From Chiloscyllium plagiosum (lineage: Eukaryota), in NCBI RefSeq assembly GCF_004010195.1, contig NC_057718.1:38273191-38337190 (forward strand): a stretch of DNA of 64,000 nucleotides, in the 5' to 3' direction. This document shows, one piece after another, positions 38,743-51,885 of this stretch (within the stretch, counting starts at the first letter, position 1; each line of letters starts with the position of its first letter). A model generated the notes under the pieces. It was not told the DNA's origin and searched no databases. It saw only the letters and a program-made list of their open reading frames with translations. The translations under genes and the position numbers were made by a program.

Positions 38743-40887
38743 GTAAGTATGTGGAATGATATTAAAATTTGTAATGACTACAGAAATATATCCTATACTC
38801 ATGGTGTTTAAGAAAACAGCTTGCTGCTTGCTAAACTGTATTTTCAATAAGATTAACTTAAACAAATTATTGGTAAAAAGGATAAGCAGACTGAAACATT
38901 CAGTCAAATATTTCATCTAAAATGAATCTTATCTCACACTTATTTAAATTTGGCTTCATTGCATTTATTTAACCTGCACTGGAGACTGTCATGATTGAAT
39001 GGGATCCTGACTTTAGAAAATGTCCATAGACCCTAAGACTATCTGCAGAGATCGCTGGATGTCATCCAGGTCTCGGCAACCTAGCCTTTTTTATAATGAG
39101 ATTTTGTAGTCTGAAGCGACGAGTTGGTTTTGGTTATGAATCTATGGCATTATTTCTAGGCATAAGCTGATAAATTTCTGGTGACTAGCTGTCAAATATG
39201 GAGTCATGCCCACAAGCCCTATGTCAGAAACATAGAATTTCTGGCCCTGCAGAAGTGTCCAGTTGTGAAATGAATTGGTAACCTAATGCTTTTCTGAAAG
39301 TCCTCATTTTTAGCAGAAATTTAAGGGCCTGGAGTGCAAAAACGAATGTTGTGTGAGACAGAACAGAATCCCTTAATAATATTCCTGAAACCTTGACTGA
39401 GTAGAGATGGAAACTACTTTGTGCAAGATTGAAGTCAGTTGTAAGCAAACAAGATTAAGAATGTAGACGTCAGTGCATTATCATGTAAATTAAAATATTC
39501 AAAATAAAGCACTTAGACTTATTGGAGAACCGTATTGTCATTATTTATTGTAATTGTGTTTAATGACTTGTCAAGGAAAGATTTCTAACAAAAGAATCAG
39601 TCATATCATCAATCTTTAGGTGGAAGTTTAGATAAAATCAGTGGGTGTGAATCCTGTCAGTTCTGTAATTGACTGCAGATCATGTATATCTAATGGTGAT
39701 TTATTATCATTGAAGTAATGTTTAGCTGCATTATGAAATATTAAAATGTGTAATCCTTTTCATAACACAGATCCAAGTGAAAGAACAGTGGTAATGGCTG
39801 ATAATTTTGTCAGCTGTATTTTGTTGCTTGGTGCAAACTGGCCTTTACACAAAAGGACATTTGTGGAATTGACACAGGATTAAGATGGCAGTACTTAGTA
39901 TCATTGTTCAGTAAAATGTTTGGAAATCCAAAACCAAACTTTTTCTCTAAGTTTCCACGTAAAAGCTACACTGGAGCCCACTGCTGTATTAAAAGAGGGT
40001 AGTTTTATACCAGTGTGCCCATCAGTGAATTGCAGATGGGGGAGAACGTGCTGCAAGCCATCTATTTACGCAGTCAGAATCTCTGCAAAATACAGCAACA
40101 AAACTACTGACCAATACTACGGCCAAGTAACAAAGGAGATGTCTCCAGCAAAATACAGCAGTATGTGGAAGATGGTTAATATCACACGTGTTACATGCAT
40201 AAAATCATCCTCATCCCTTTCAGTAGCGCTGCCACCAGGGATGATTAATTACCTCTGAACGAATCTCTGTTCTGGTCATGACTTGTGGTGTCACGATGTG
40301 CAGTTGCTAATGTTGGACAGGTGATAACCCCAGTGATTTAAATCTCTCACATTTGGATCATGAATTCTTGCTTTTACATTTGACGATGCAATCATAGACT
40401 TGCTCATTTATTTTGAGTGATTTCAAGCCGGTCTTAAAAAATGTGTAATTTTCTACATTTGTGCAGACCATTTTTCAATTTCAAGTGTATGAAAAGATCT
40501 TTGTGTTTTAAGTCTGAACAAAAGAAGTAGCTGGTTTTACCCCCACAGTTGCTACGTTACGGATCAGCAAGTGGTTTGAGATTTTTTTGATGAGGTAATA
40601 GAGGGTACTAATAGTTGATGTATAAATGGATTTCCAAAGGAAATTTGACTAAATGCCACATAATAATCTTGACAGAAAAAATGGATGTCCAAGGAATAAA
40701 AAGGACTGTTGTAGCGTGAATATGAATCTGCATTAGTGACAGAAAATGGAGCCATAGTTACCATTTGTTTTCCGGATTGGGAAAGGTATACAGTGACACT
40801 TCCCTGTAGTCAGCACTAAGGCCTTTGTTTTCATGTCAAGCATTAATGACTTATTGTTCAGTAGATAGGCATGATATTCTTTACGTG

Positions 40888-41445
40888 GAGGTGGGTACTG
40901 CAGATGCTGGAGATTAGAGTGGTACTGGAAAAGCATAGCAGATCAGGCAGCATTCGAGGAGCACAAAAATCGATGTTTCGGGCAAAAGCCTACATCAGGA
41001 ATGAGGCTAGGAGCCTTGGGGTGGAGAAATAAATGGGTGGGGCTGGGGAGAAGGTAGCTGAGAGTGCAATAGGTGGATGGAGGTGGGGGTAAAGGTGATT
41101 AGGTCAGAGAGGAAGGTGGAGCAGATAGATGGGAAGGAAGATTGACAGGTGGGACAGGTCATGAGGGTAGTGCTGAGCTGGAAGGTTGGAACTGGGGTAA
41201 GATGGGGGGAGGGGGAAATGAGGAAACTAGTGAAGTCCACATGATGCCATGGTGTTGAAGTGTTCTGAGGCGGAAGATGAGGCATTCTTCCTCCAAGGGT
41301 CAGATGGTGAGCGAGTGGCGATGGAGGAGGCCGAGGACCTGCATGTCCTTGGCTGAATGGGATGAGAAATTGAAAGGTTCGGTCACTGGGCGATGAGGAT
41401 GATTGGTGCGGGTATCCTGGAGATGTTCTCTGACGCACTCTGCGA
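40888..41445 (-). mobile_element. Penelope-like element remnant (same family as 60832-61918)
   Basis: Similar to 60860-61330. HVDFTSFLISP remnant and a decayed HHR at about 40969-41001. Confidence 0.85.
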
Positions 41446-41519
41446 GAAGATTTTTTTAAACAATTGCTAATTAACAAAACTTAGAAATATAATACAATGG
41501 AAGAACAATAATGACAAAT

Positions 41520-42240
41520 AAGGAGAGGAGGTAACTAGTGGAATGACGGAGTAATTAGCCATTGAAATTTGATGCAGAGCATTGGGAAATCAAATGTTTT
41601 TGTCGAAAGAGCCACGAGAGCAACTTCAATTAAAAGGTGTGCTTCTAAAGCAGGACCAAGAACGGGGAAATCTGGAGGTATATGTGCACAAATCATCAGT
41701 GAATCGGCAAGTCGAGAAAATGGTTAAAGTCTAGGCCTTCATACATGGCAATTGTAGAGTTCAAAAGCAGGGATGTTACAATAAAACTTGATAAAGTACT
41801 AATTGAGCCTCACCAGGAATATTGTTTAATTCTGAGCACTACGATTATGGAATAACGTAAAGGTTTCATAAAGAGGGTAAAAAAAATTTGAGAATGGTTC
41901 CAGGGATGAGGGATTTCAGATATGAAGTCAGAGGTATTGAAGAGGTTTGGTGAAGGTGTGCAAAAGCATGAAGGGTCTGTACAGCGTAGATAGTGACAAA
42001 CTCTCCCTATTGGCAGAGTTTGAATCAGAGTGCAGATTTAAATTAGGAAAAGCAGCATGAATTTTGTTTTTTGCTTTACCAGCATGTGGTAATAAGGAAA
42101 TACCTGAAAGGTTTGTGGAGGCAGCAATTAACATGACTTTCAAAATGGAATTGGGTAAACACCTTAAGGGAAAAAAAACTGCATGGTTGCCAGAAACTAT
42201 CAGGGAATGTGACCAGCTAAATTGCTGATGCATCGAGCAA
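41520..42240 (+). mobile_element. Highly decayed CR1 3' region
   Basis: Degenerate similarity to the other CR1 copies (gagaatggttccagggatgagggatttcag). Confidence 0.55.
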
Positions 42241-43581
42241 CCAAGAGTCCAACTGATCAAATTGCCATTTACTTGCATAATCTTTTTTTGCAAAAAAAAA
42301 CTTTGCTCTTTTAAGTTGTAAGAACTGAAAAATGGTCTTTTTCGTATATTTGTCAATTCCTACAATAAATTGAATTGAGACTGCTTAATTGATGTAGAAT
42401 TTTGGACTTTGTTTTATTATTAGCTGAATTCAGCATTAGTGGGTACTTCATATTACTTTCCATTGAACTAACCAAATGAGTTATTTTTACTGAATAGTTT
42501 ATTGTTGCAACTTAAGTATATTTAGGTGATTCATAGACTACGATAAGCTTTGCCTTTATTGCACATTAAAACACGATGCAGTCTTTACTGCTCAGTTGTC
42601 TGTTGTTTCATTATTCTGTCAGCTTTGCTAATTTTTAAAGTAGTAGAGATTCCTTTTGTGTCGGTTATATAATTGCCTCATGCTTGCCATCTTTTGGCAT
42701 TTCATGATGATGATGTTTTGCGAACTTAGACAGCATTTACATCTTTTTGACAAAGCTCAACAGGATTGAGGAGCCCTGGCCTCCTTGATACTGCTCCTTC
42801 AACAGCCACGGTGCTCATAGAAATAATAGATATACTCCTGGTTGCTTCATGCAAAATTTAGAGATTTCTTGTGTAGTAAGTGGTGGGTAAGGTCTTCCAT
42901 TCACAGCAAGACATTGGCAGGAGTTTGCTGGCAGTCATTCTGTTGGATGGAGAAGACGGTAAACAGGAGTTTGAAGTAGTGTTGGGTAAGAGGGCCAAAA
43001 TCCTTTTGGAGAACTGCAGCAGGATCCAAGGGAACCCTTCATTGCATGCCAGAGTGAACTGGAATGTAAGCTACCAGGCCACTTTGAGTGTGGAAAAGCT
43101 GTAGTCCATTAAATTTCAGAACACCCGGTAGCCCATTAACATGGTATAATATTACTGGAGCAACCATCTTATGTTTGGTTGACATATTTGGATAATATAT
43201 TTGCAGAGTCTTTGCTTGGTGAATACAGTTTGTTTAAACTTGATATTTTTTACTTAAAACATAGACTTTTTGAAAATTGAACTTATTTATCTGTAATTAC
43301 ATTGGATTACAATAAAATGCATATTGACAATTGAAACTAAGTAACCTCTACAGAAACTAAGCCAATCCTGCCAAGTAGCATCAAGCCTTTGACTTTGATA
43401 TGTGTGTGTTGGACAGCATTTTGAAATTTAATTTTAAAGATTCACTTGATGTATAACAACACTTAGAAACAAGGGGTATTACTTTAGAAAGCTTCTAGAT
43501 CCTGTCTGACCTATCTCAGGTGTGTTGCTTTGCTTAGACCCCTCTGTAACTGAGGCTGAAAGCCTTTGGTTGTCTGTACAG

Positions 43582-43803
43582 GATGAAGGAGAGAAGCAGC
43601 CTAAAGAGGTGGATAACCTCATGCCCATCATCATGCCTGTCTCTGTGCCTGTAAAGCTTCAGCCTGCTGAGCCCAGCAAGCAGGCCACCACTGCCAAGGA
43701 CAAGCCTGCCAACTCTGTGTCAGATGATGAAATGCCAGTCCTCATGAAGATGACTGATTCTCCACCACACGCTCCCACAGTGGCCCAACCCTGCTCATCC
43801 TCT
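43582..43803 (+). CDS. TRERF1: TRERF1 exon (DEGEK...MPVSVPVKL...SDDEMPVLMKMTDSPP...SSS)
   Basis: Acceptor tctgtacag, 74 codons, donor GTGAGT at 43804. MPVSVPVKL and SDDEMPVL match remembered TRERF1 motifs. Confidence 0.9.
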
Positions 43804-46429
43804 GTGAGTGCTGCCATTCTTGCAACTAACCCTGCCAATGGTGTTTTGTTTGAAACCCTTTGCTTTCCGGTGGGAAACAAGCATGGCTTTTGCTGCATGG
43901 TTTCAATTAGGACCAGACTGTTGGTAAAATGCTAACTGAAGTTATTAGTTGAGGTGGGTTACAAGCCTGGGCTATATTCATTAATTGTGCAATTTGTGAT
44001 TCATAGATAATTGATCTTTGAATAAAAGTGAGTTGGTTTTCAGTTTTTAAATAGTTTACTATTGATATAAAACACATAAAAGTCCTGCATGCAAACATGT
44101 ACAGGATTGTTAATTATTTAGTATTATAAACCAGATTCCCCTGGGATGCAAAGGGATTCTTGTCTGTATTAAATTTTGTTGTGTTTTTGTTTGCTTTTAT
44201 CTGCCTTGCTATCGCCCTGTGACTTTGAAAAAAGAAACTCCTGTAGTCCCGTATTTCAACTCATTAGCAACTCGCTGAAAGGAATCTCATCTGTCCAGTG
44301 TTTTTTCAGTGAGGTAACGGTCAGCTGAAGAATCTACTTCACTTCCAATGACAATAAAAAATAGATTTTAATCTTGATCAGTGTCACTGCCAGGCATTCT
44401 GTAGCACTCTTAAGCAATATTTGCTAAAAGAGATAGTAATTGTAACACACATTTCAACGAATCTGAGAAGGATGTTTTAAAAATACATTTATTGCTCTGT
44501 TGTACTTTGTGTCATTTCTGTTCATTAAATACTTTGCTAATTGTCAGTTTCTTAATCTGTGCTTTTTTTATTGAAACCAAAGGTAATCTTTGGGTCAGTA
44601 GTGCAAAATCCAGTATAACCACTTATTTTAAAAATTCAGATACCTTCTTTGACCTTGAGAAATGAAGTTTGCAACCATGCAACTTTGCTCTATGACAGTG
44701 CTGCCATTTCTTCTTTCTGTTTTTTGTTGCGCCTAATAATGATATAATGTGGTTTCATAGTTAAGATTTTGCCAAATGAAGAGTTCTTCAACCAGGACTT
44801 CAGGCAGATCCTGTGATTATTATTGGTAACCATCTGCTCTGGTTAAGTTGTCTCACGTCAGTTTGTTCGGAAATAGACCCACTCTAAAGTCAAATTTTGA
44901 CTGCAGACGAAACAACAATTCTTGCCTACAAAGAGCGTTACAGGTGGACAAGTTATATTTCTCTATGATGGTGTAGATTTGGATAGTAGCTCTCTGATGG
45001 ACGGCTGTTGCAACCAAGTATTGCCCTCACCATTTTAAATGCTTTTTCCTTACCATTCTTGCAAATTCCTTGTACAGAAATGCAATTTGTGCACCAGCTA
45101 CCTTGCACACCACACCCAAGTGACCATTTGTAAATGCAAGAGGCACTGTAGTAAAGGGTTGCCAGGTTATCTGGCCATGGAAAGTCATCACAACTGAGCT
45201 CAGATCTGCCTTTTGCTTACTGTGTATACATATGTTTTCCTGAGAAGGGTCATTAGATTGGATTACAATGCTTCCCTTTTTTCCCCTTCTATTCCATTCA
45301 GCGTAAACCGGGAATGCTGTCTGCTGTCATCCCAGCCTTTATGCATCAATTTCACACTTGTTGATTCATTTCTCCACAAAGCCAGGGAAATGCACATACT
45401 GTAGCTACAAAAGCTTAACATTTCCTATCTTAGGCAGAAGTGGGTACTGCAGATGCTGGAGATTAGAGTCAAGATTAGAGTGGTGCTGGAAAAGCATAGC
45501 AGGTCAGGCAGCATCTGAGGAGCAGGAAAATTGACGTTTCAAAGCGAGTTGAAAGAGCCCCGGAGATGTTCTCTGAAGCACTTCTCATGACCTGTCCCAC
45601 CTGTCTATCTTCCTTCCCACCTAATTGGAATGAAAGAGGAGATGACAAGTGCCAGTAATCTTCTTTGGTATCCCTTTTAACAATTATTGCAGATTGTTTT
45701 AGAAACAAAATAGAATGAGCTTGAGGAAGCGCACACTTTGATTAGCAATGATATTGGATAAGAGGGAGAATCCACAAAGGCTAGTATCAGAGGGATGGAG
45801 TGGTCGAGATAGGTTATTTTACAGTAGAGGTTCTAGTGCAGTGGAGGTGGAGATGGGCAGCTGTGCAGAAGGAGAAGTAGATTGGTTGGTAACATGATTG
45901 AATGAGATGCCATGCTGCAGATGCCCATCCAGCCTGGGAAGGTGGCCTCGTGGGGAATGAAATGATGTCAATGATAAAGGAATGGAGTTTGCTGCAAGAG
46001 CTGTAGATGATGGTTTGCTGATATTGAACACAGAAATACAAGAAGATTGTGAGAAGAACCTTTTCAGACACTGGAGCAGTTTTCATGTCTTTGACAAATT
46101 ATCTTCATAGAAAATTGTTTTATTGTTCTGGGAGGAAATATTATTGGCGCAATGATAAAAATACACAATATGTAATTCCAAGTTTGGTCAAAGGATGATG
46201 AAATCACAAATATCGATACACACATAAAGGTCATTACTGGGAAGCCCATTGAAGAGAAAGGTTATGACTTTTAACTGAGAATATGACTTGCAAAAGAGCC
46301 TGAACAAAATGTGGAGTGAAAGAAAGTTGATTTGCATTGTCTTATGGAGAAGATTTATGATGTAAGTCATTCATTGAACTGTGTAGAACTTGTTAACACA
46401 GTACTTACTTAAACTGTAAGAAAAACCTA

Positions 46430-47852
46430 GGGAACTGTAGGCTAGGAACTGTAGACCCATGAGCATAATGTCAGTGGTGAAAGTTGTTGGAGGGTATTGT
46501 GAGAGACAGGATCTACATGCATTTGAAAAAGCAAGAACTGATGAGGGATAGCTAGTGTGGCTATATGCGTGAAGAAACATGTCTCTCAATTTTGCTTGAG
46601 TTCTTTGAAGATGTGACAGAAAAGTAGAATTTGGCTATATGGACTTCAGCAAGGCCTTTGTCAAGGTTTTGTATGGTAGACTGGTTCGTAAGGTTAGCTC
46701 ACATGGAATCCAGGGAGAGCTAGCCAATTGGGTTCAAAATTGGCAACACAGGAGTTAGAGGGTTGTTCAAACTAAAGACCTGTGACCAGATGCTGGAGAT
46801 TAGAGTCAAGATTAGAGTGGTGCTGGAAAAGCACAGCAGGTCAGGCAGCATCCAAGGAGCAGGAAAATCGATGATCCTCTCGGATCGATGGTGGGTCCAC
46901 TGTTGTTCATTACTTATATCAATGATTTGTATGAGAATATTGGAGACATATTTGTAAATTGCAAATGACACCAAGATTGGTAGTACAGTGAAGTGAAGAA
47001 GGTTATCTAAGAGTACAACAAGATATTAAACAACTGGGCCAGTAATGGCAGATGGAGTTTAATTCTGATAAATGCGAGGTAATATATTTTGGTATGACAA
47101 ACCAGTGCAGGACTGACACAGTCAGTGTTGGACCCTGGGGAGTGTTACTAAACAGAGAAACCTAGGGGTGCAGGTCATAGTTGCTTGAAATTGGCGACAC
47201 AGGTAGACAGGGTGGTGAAGAAGGTGTTTGGCATTAATGCCTTCATTGGTCAGATCACTGAATACAGGAGTTGGGATGTTATGTTACAGCAGTACAATAT
47301 CCTCGTAGAGTCACATTTTGGAGTACTACCTAAAATCCTCATCACCCATCTACAGGAAGAAAGTTATTAAACTGGAAAGGATGCAAAAAAGATTTACAAG
47401 GATGCTACCAAGACTGGACAGTTTGAGTTATCAGGCAAGGCTGGGATTTTTTTTGCCTGGAGCAATGGAGGCTGAGGGGTGACATTGTAGAGGTTTGTAA
47501 AATCATGAGAGGCATAGATAAGGTGAATAGCCAAGGTTTTTTCCGAGGGTAAGGGTGTCCGTAACTGGAGGGCATTCATTAAAGGTGAGTGAGAGGGGAA
47601 AGATTTAAAATGGACCTGAAGGGCAACATTTTGTACACAGCGGGTGGTGTGTATATGGAGCCAACTACCAGAGGAAGTGATAGAGGCATGTATAATTATA
47701 ACATTTAAAAGAAATTTGGATGAGTACATGGATAGGAAAGGGGGATAAGGGACAAACAGAGGCAAATAGGACTAGTTCAGTTTAGGAAACCTGGTTAGTA
47801 TAGGTGAGTTGGGCCAACGGGTCTGTTTCTGTGCTGTATGCCTCTTTCACTA
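46430..47852 (+). mobile_element. CR1/HER1-like RT-to-tail fragment with an 85-bp PLE-end piece inserted at about 46788-46872
   Basis: tatatggacttcagcaaggcctttg (YMDFSKAF), QVDRVVKKVFG, family tail. Confidence 0.85.
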
Positions 47853-48744
47853 TTAAGTGTTATGACTAGAACAGCTTAGTAAGTTAACTTAGATGATTAT
47901 GGGTGAAAATCTCAGAATAGAATGGGGGGACAAAAGGCAGTGCTGGGAAACCTGAAGTGAATGGTCTGAGTGGGGTTGAATTATCAACTGAAAAACAAAT
48001 GAAGGCTTGTGAGGAAAAATTAAAAGCTATAATTAGGCTTGGAAGAGCTTTTATTGAAGAGTACAGTCCCTGACCCTGCCAGAGATTGTGGAAATGTCCA
48101 AAGTAATTACAAATGCTTTTCTAAAATGCGTACTAAAAGAATTTCGAAGGTGCAGTGGACGGGTTGGACCGAAGAGTCTGTTTCCATGCTGTACATCTCT
48201 ATGACTGTATAAGATGGCCTGGAAACTGGCATGCAAAAAACCCATAACATCAGTCATTGATTAATCTCACTGTAAGGAAGTGAACTTCCTCCTTGGACCA
48301 CCTTGGTTTGATGGCTCATGACTGTTCTACATGTTTTTTATTCAGATTAAAATGGTCCATTGTTCACAAGATTTACTTGTAATGAAACAGCTATGTTTTA
48401 AAGTAATTAAAATAGAAATTGCTGGTAGAACTCAGCAGGTTGGCAGCATCTATGGAAAGCAGAGTGAACCTTTTGTTTAAACATCATGGTGACTCTACAT
48501 CTGGTCATTCTGAAGAGTTACTGGAATCGAAATATTACCTCTGCTTTCTCCCCACAGAAGTTGCTAAACCTGCTATGTACCACCAGCAATTTCAGTTTTT
48601 GTTTTCAGTGCCCAACATATGCAGTTCTTCATGTTATACTTCAAAACACTTTGGGAGCTGCTCCTGCTTAGTCTGTAAAATACAATTATTACTTACTCGA
48701 ACACAAAAAAAGTCACCTTGATTTCCTCTCCACCTGTATGAAAT

Positions 48745-48930
48745 GGGCGGCACGGTGGCTCAGTGGTTAGCACTGCTGCCTCACAGAACCAGGGACCTGG
48801 GGAAACTGATGGTGTTTTTGTGGATTTCCTCTCGATCCTCTGATTTCCTCCCCCAGTCAAATGTTCAGGTTAGCTGGATTTCCTGTAGCATCCAAGGGAC
48901 CTGCAGGCTATATAGATTAGCCATAGTAAA
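48745..48930 (+). mobile_element. Internally deleted HE1-like SINE
   Basis: Head gggcggcacggtggctcagtggttagcactgctgcctcacag plus part of the V core. Confidence 0.75.
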
Positions 48931-50084
48931 TGAGAGATTACTTCTCTCACAACCTTAAAGACACGCAAAATTTTAAACATTGCTTCTTTATTTCCATCCT
49001 CTCTAGAATTTGTAGTTGCCCAACAACTCTCAGTAGCCTTTCAGACAGCCAGGCACATACCTGTGTACTGTGGCAGCTATTGTTATTTTATATCCATCTA
49101 GTAGCAGGTATTCTTTGGAGTAAACTGGCTCTTCTAGAATTGAATTTGGAGGCAATGCTAATGCCGTTTGAAACTCACATTGCTTCTCTGTGTATGTCAT
49201 CAACCAGCAATGAGCCAAATCGCTAGTTGAGTCTTCACATTCACAATCCTTAGTTCATGGTTTTACTGAGATATAAGGGAAAATAAATTTATTTCCAAAA
49301 ATCCTCAAGTTAGTAACTCTGCCATACCCTTGCCCCTTTGAAATCAGTGGAGGATTATGCTGTAATGCTAATGCCAGCTGTTTGACTTGCTTTCGAAGGA
49401 GTGCTGTAATATTGCTTCTTCTGTATGCTTAAAAATATACGTTTACTCCCACTAACAAGGCTTTCAGAGGGAAAGTGTGTGCATGTTGATCTGTTTCTGT
49501 TTCAATTTTTGTTTCCTCTACTGATGCATGAGCAGGGTACAGAGTTAGATGTGCTGTTCTTCCTTTAATATGCTTATTTTTAAATTTGTAATTGTACCTT
49601 TGGATGATTGGTGCTCCTTGTTTTCACAGTGATTCTGTTTTTCTCTTGACCATTTTTTTTCCTACATTTAATCTTATGTACTTACTGAGTCCATCTTTAA
49701 TGTTGGAGATGAGGGGGAAGTCCTTGCTTGGAAAGGGAACATAGCCTTTATGCAAAAAGGAATCAGAACAACATCTTCTGATTTGAAACAAAAGGTGGAA
49801 ATTCCTGGAGAAACTCAGCGGTGTGGCAGTGACTGTGGTGGGAAAGCAGAGTTAATGTTTTGAGTCCAGTTGTCAGATTACCAGGGATCTGCTAACTGGA
49901 CTCAACTATTAACTTTGCTTTCCAGCCATAGATGCTACCAGACCTGCTGGCTTTCTCCAGCAATTTCTGTTTTTGTTTCACATCTTCAGCTGATTATTCA
50001 ATTAATATTACATTTTCCATGCATTATTTATTCTCAATCTTTGTTTAAAAAAAAACAATAAAATTCAAACTATAAACTTCTTAG

Positions 50085-50448
50085 GAATCTATCCGAAAGT
50101 GTCAACCCAGTGGTTCACAGTCAGAAGATAGCTACAGAACTCAGCGAGACAAAAAGAAGTATCGGCATCGACCAGAGCCCCTCTACATTCCTCCACCTTC
50201 TGTCAACCTCTCTGCTTCATATCAAGGCGCTACGCTGTACCAAAGTCAGCTCCGTTCACCAAGAATCATGGGAGATCACCTGCTGGACAGGACACACGAG
50301 CTCCCACCCTACACACCACCCCCGATGTTAAGTCCAGTGAGACAAGGCTCTGGCCTTTTCAGCAGTGTCATTTCATCTTCGTACATTGGCACTTACACTG
50401 CATTGCCGCTCACCCCTTCGACACCACGCATCCTGCTTGGCCGTACCA
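50085..50448 (+). CDS. TRERF1: TRERF1 exon ([16 protein letters not shown]...[19 protein letters not shown])
   Basis: Acceptor cttcttag. Open frame [10 protein letters not shown]...[42 protein letters not shown]...ILLGRT. Donor A|GTGAGT (phase 1). Motif typical of the TRERF1/MIDEAS/ZNF541 family. Confidence 0.95.
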
Positions 50449-51824
50449 GTGAGTATTTTATGTTTAACTTTGCTGTATAGGTACTGATTTTTTTTCATTG
50501 AGAAGATTCAATCTTGAATTTGGTTTGATTCAAATTTCAGGGAGTTGTTTCAACATCGTTATACTTGGGTTTTTTTTTTAGTTGGTCATATTCTCCAAGC
50601 CAAGCAGTTTAACAAATTCTGCTAGGTTGCAGTTTAAGAAAGGTTTGAACACAATGTTAAATGACTTTCGTCAGACTTGTTTACATTGTTTTTTGTTGAT
50701 TATGGCTAAGTGCTTGAGCTTGAGTTCATACTTTTTTTGCTGGATGAATTTAATTAGGTACACGTTATGTTTCTAGCTGGTAAAGGTCTCCTGTTTAATG
50801 TACAACGAAATGGTTTCAATGTTTGTTCTTGGCTGCTGTATGATGGATTTTGGGAACCCATGTATGTAGTAGACTTTTAAATGTTCTGTGCCAACTAACA
50901 TTTCCTGAATAACATTGTAATTGCATTATACATTCTAATTTCAGATCATATGTTGCTGAGGAAGTTACTTATAATTTGGTATTCTGACAGTCTTTAAAAC
51001 TGGTATATCCGTACTTAGCTTTGATAGTCAAGTGACTTAGGTAAAATTAGAAACTATTGTGTAGGCACAAGAATTTATCAAAACTAGTAATGACATTTTG
51101 TCTTTTGTTTCAAAGAGCTACAATTGAAAAGTGAAGAATTATACTTCAAATGTACAGAGCCTTAGTCAGACGCATGAATATTGTTCAGTTTGACAACATT
51201 ACACAGAGCGGATAGATTGAGTTCAGATACACAATTTTTTCATGAGAACAATATTGTAGTTTAAGCTTTATTTGATACTTGTTTGTATAAGTTTGATTAA
51301 ATTCTAAACTGAAGGAAATAGAAATACTGCATCTTTAAAGCAATGAAATACTGCATCTAGCCTTTCTGCTAGAAATTCAAAGTGATGAGGTGAAATCTTA
51401 AAATTTGAACTCGAGGAAGGAGTGAAATCAGGCAGCTCTATTTTACAAGAGGAATGGAATTCTGAAACTGTTTCCCGAAACATGGTCAATGTTGGGTCAG
51501 TTCAACCTATTAAGAATTGAGAGGATAGGTTTTTATTAGAAAAATAGCGTTAAGGGATAAGGTCTAATAGCAGGTGAATGGAGTATGTATCAGCCATTTT
51601 CTTCTTGAATGGTGGAAAAGGTCCAGGTTGAATGTCCTGCTCTGGTTCTTGTGTTGCCATATGTCTTAAGTAAAATGCAAATATTCCCTGGGTTGGTTAG
51701 ATTGAAGCCATATCACAAAGTACGAACTAATGACTGTTTTAGTTAATATTACAAAAAATTCTTTTTTTTTAACTGATGCATGATTGAAGAATGACCTCTT
51801 ACTATTGTTTTGCCCTGATTTCAG

Positions 51825-51885
51825 ATAGCATTGATGCATTGACAATAACCCCTGGTCCTGGGGAGCAAACTGTTGATATTGAACC
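51825..51885 (+). CDS. TRERF1: TRERF1 61-nt exon (NSIDALTITPGPGEQTVDIEP)
   Basis: Acceptor ctgatttcag, donor CC|GTAAGT. Phases 1/2 fit the neighbours. Matches recalled human TPGPGEQTVDVEP. Confidence 0.93.
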
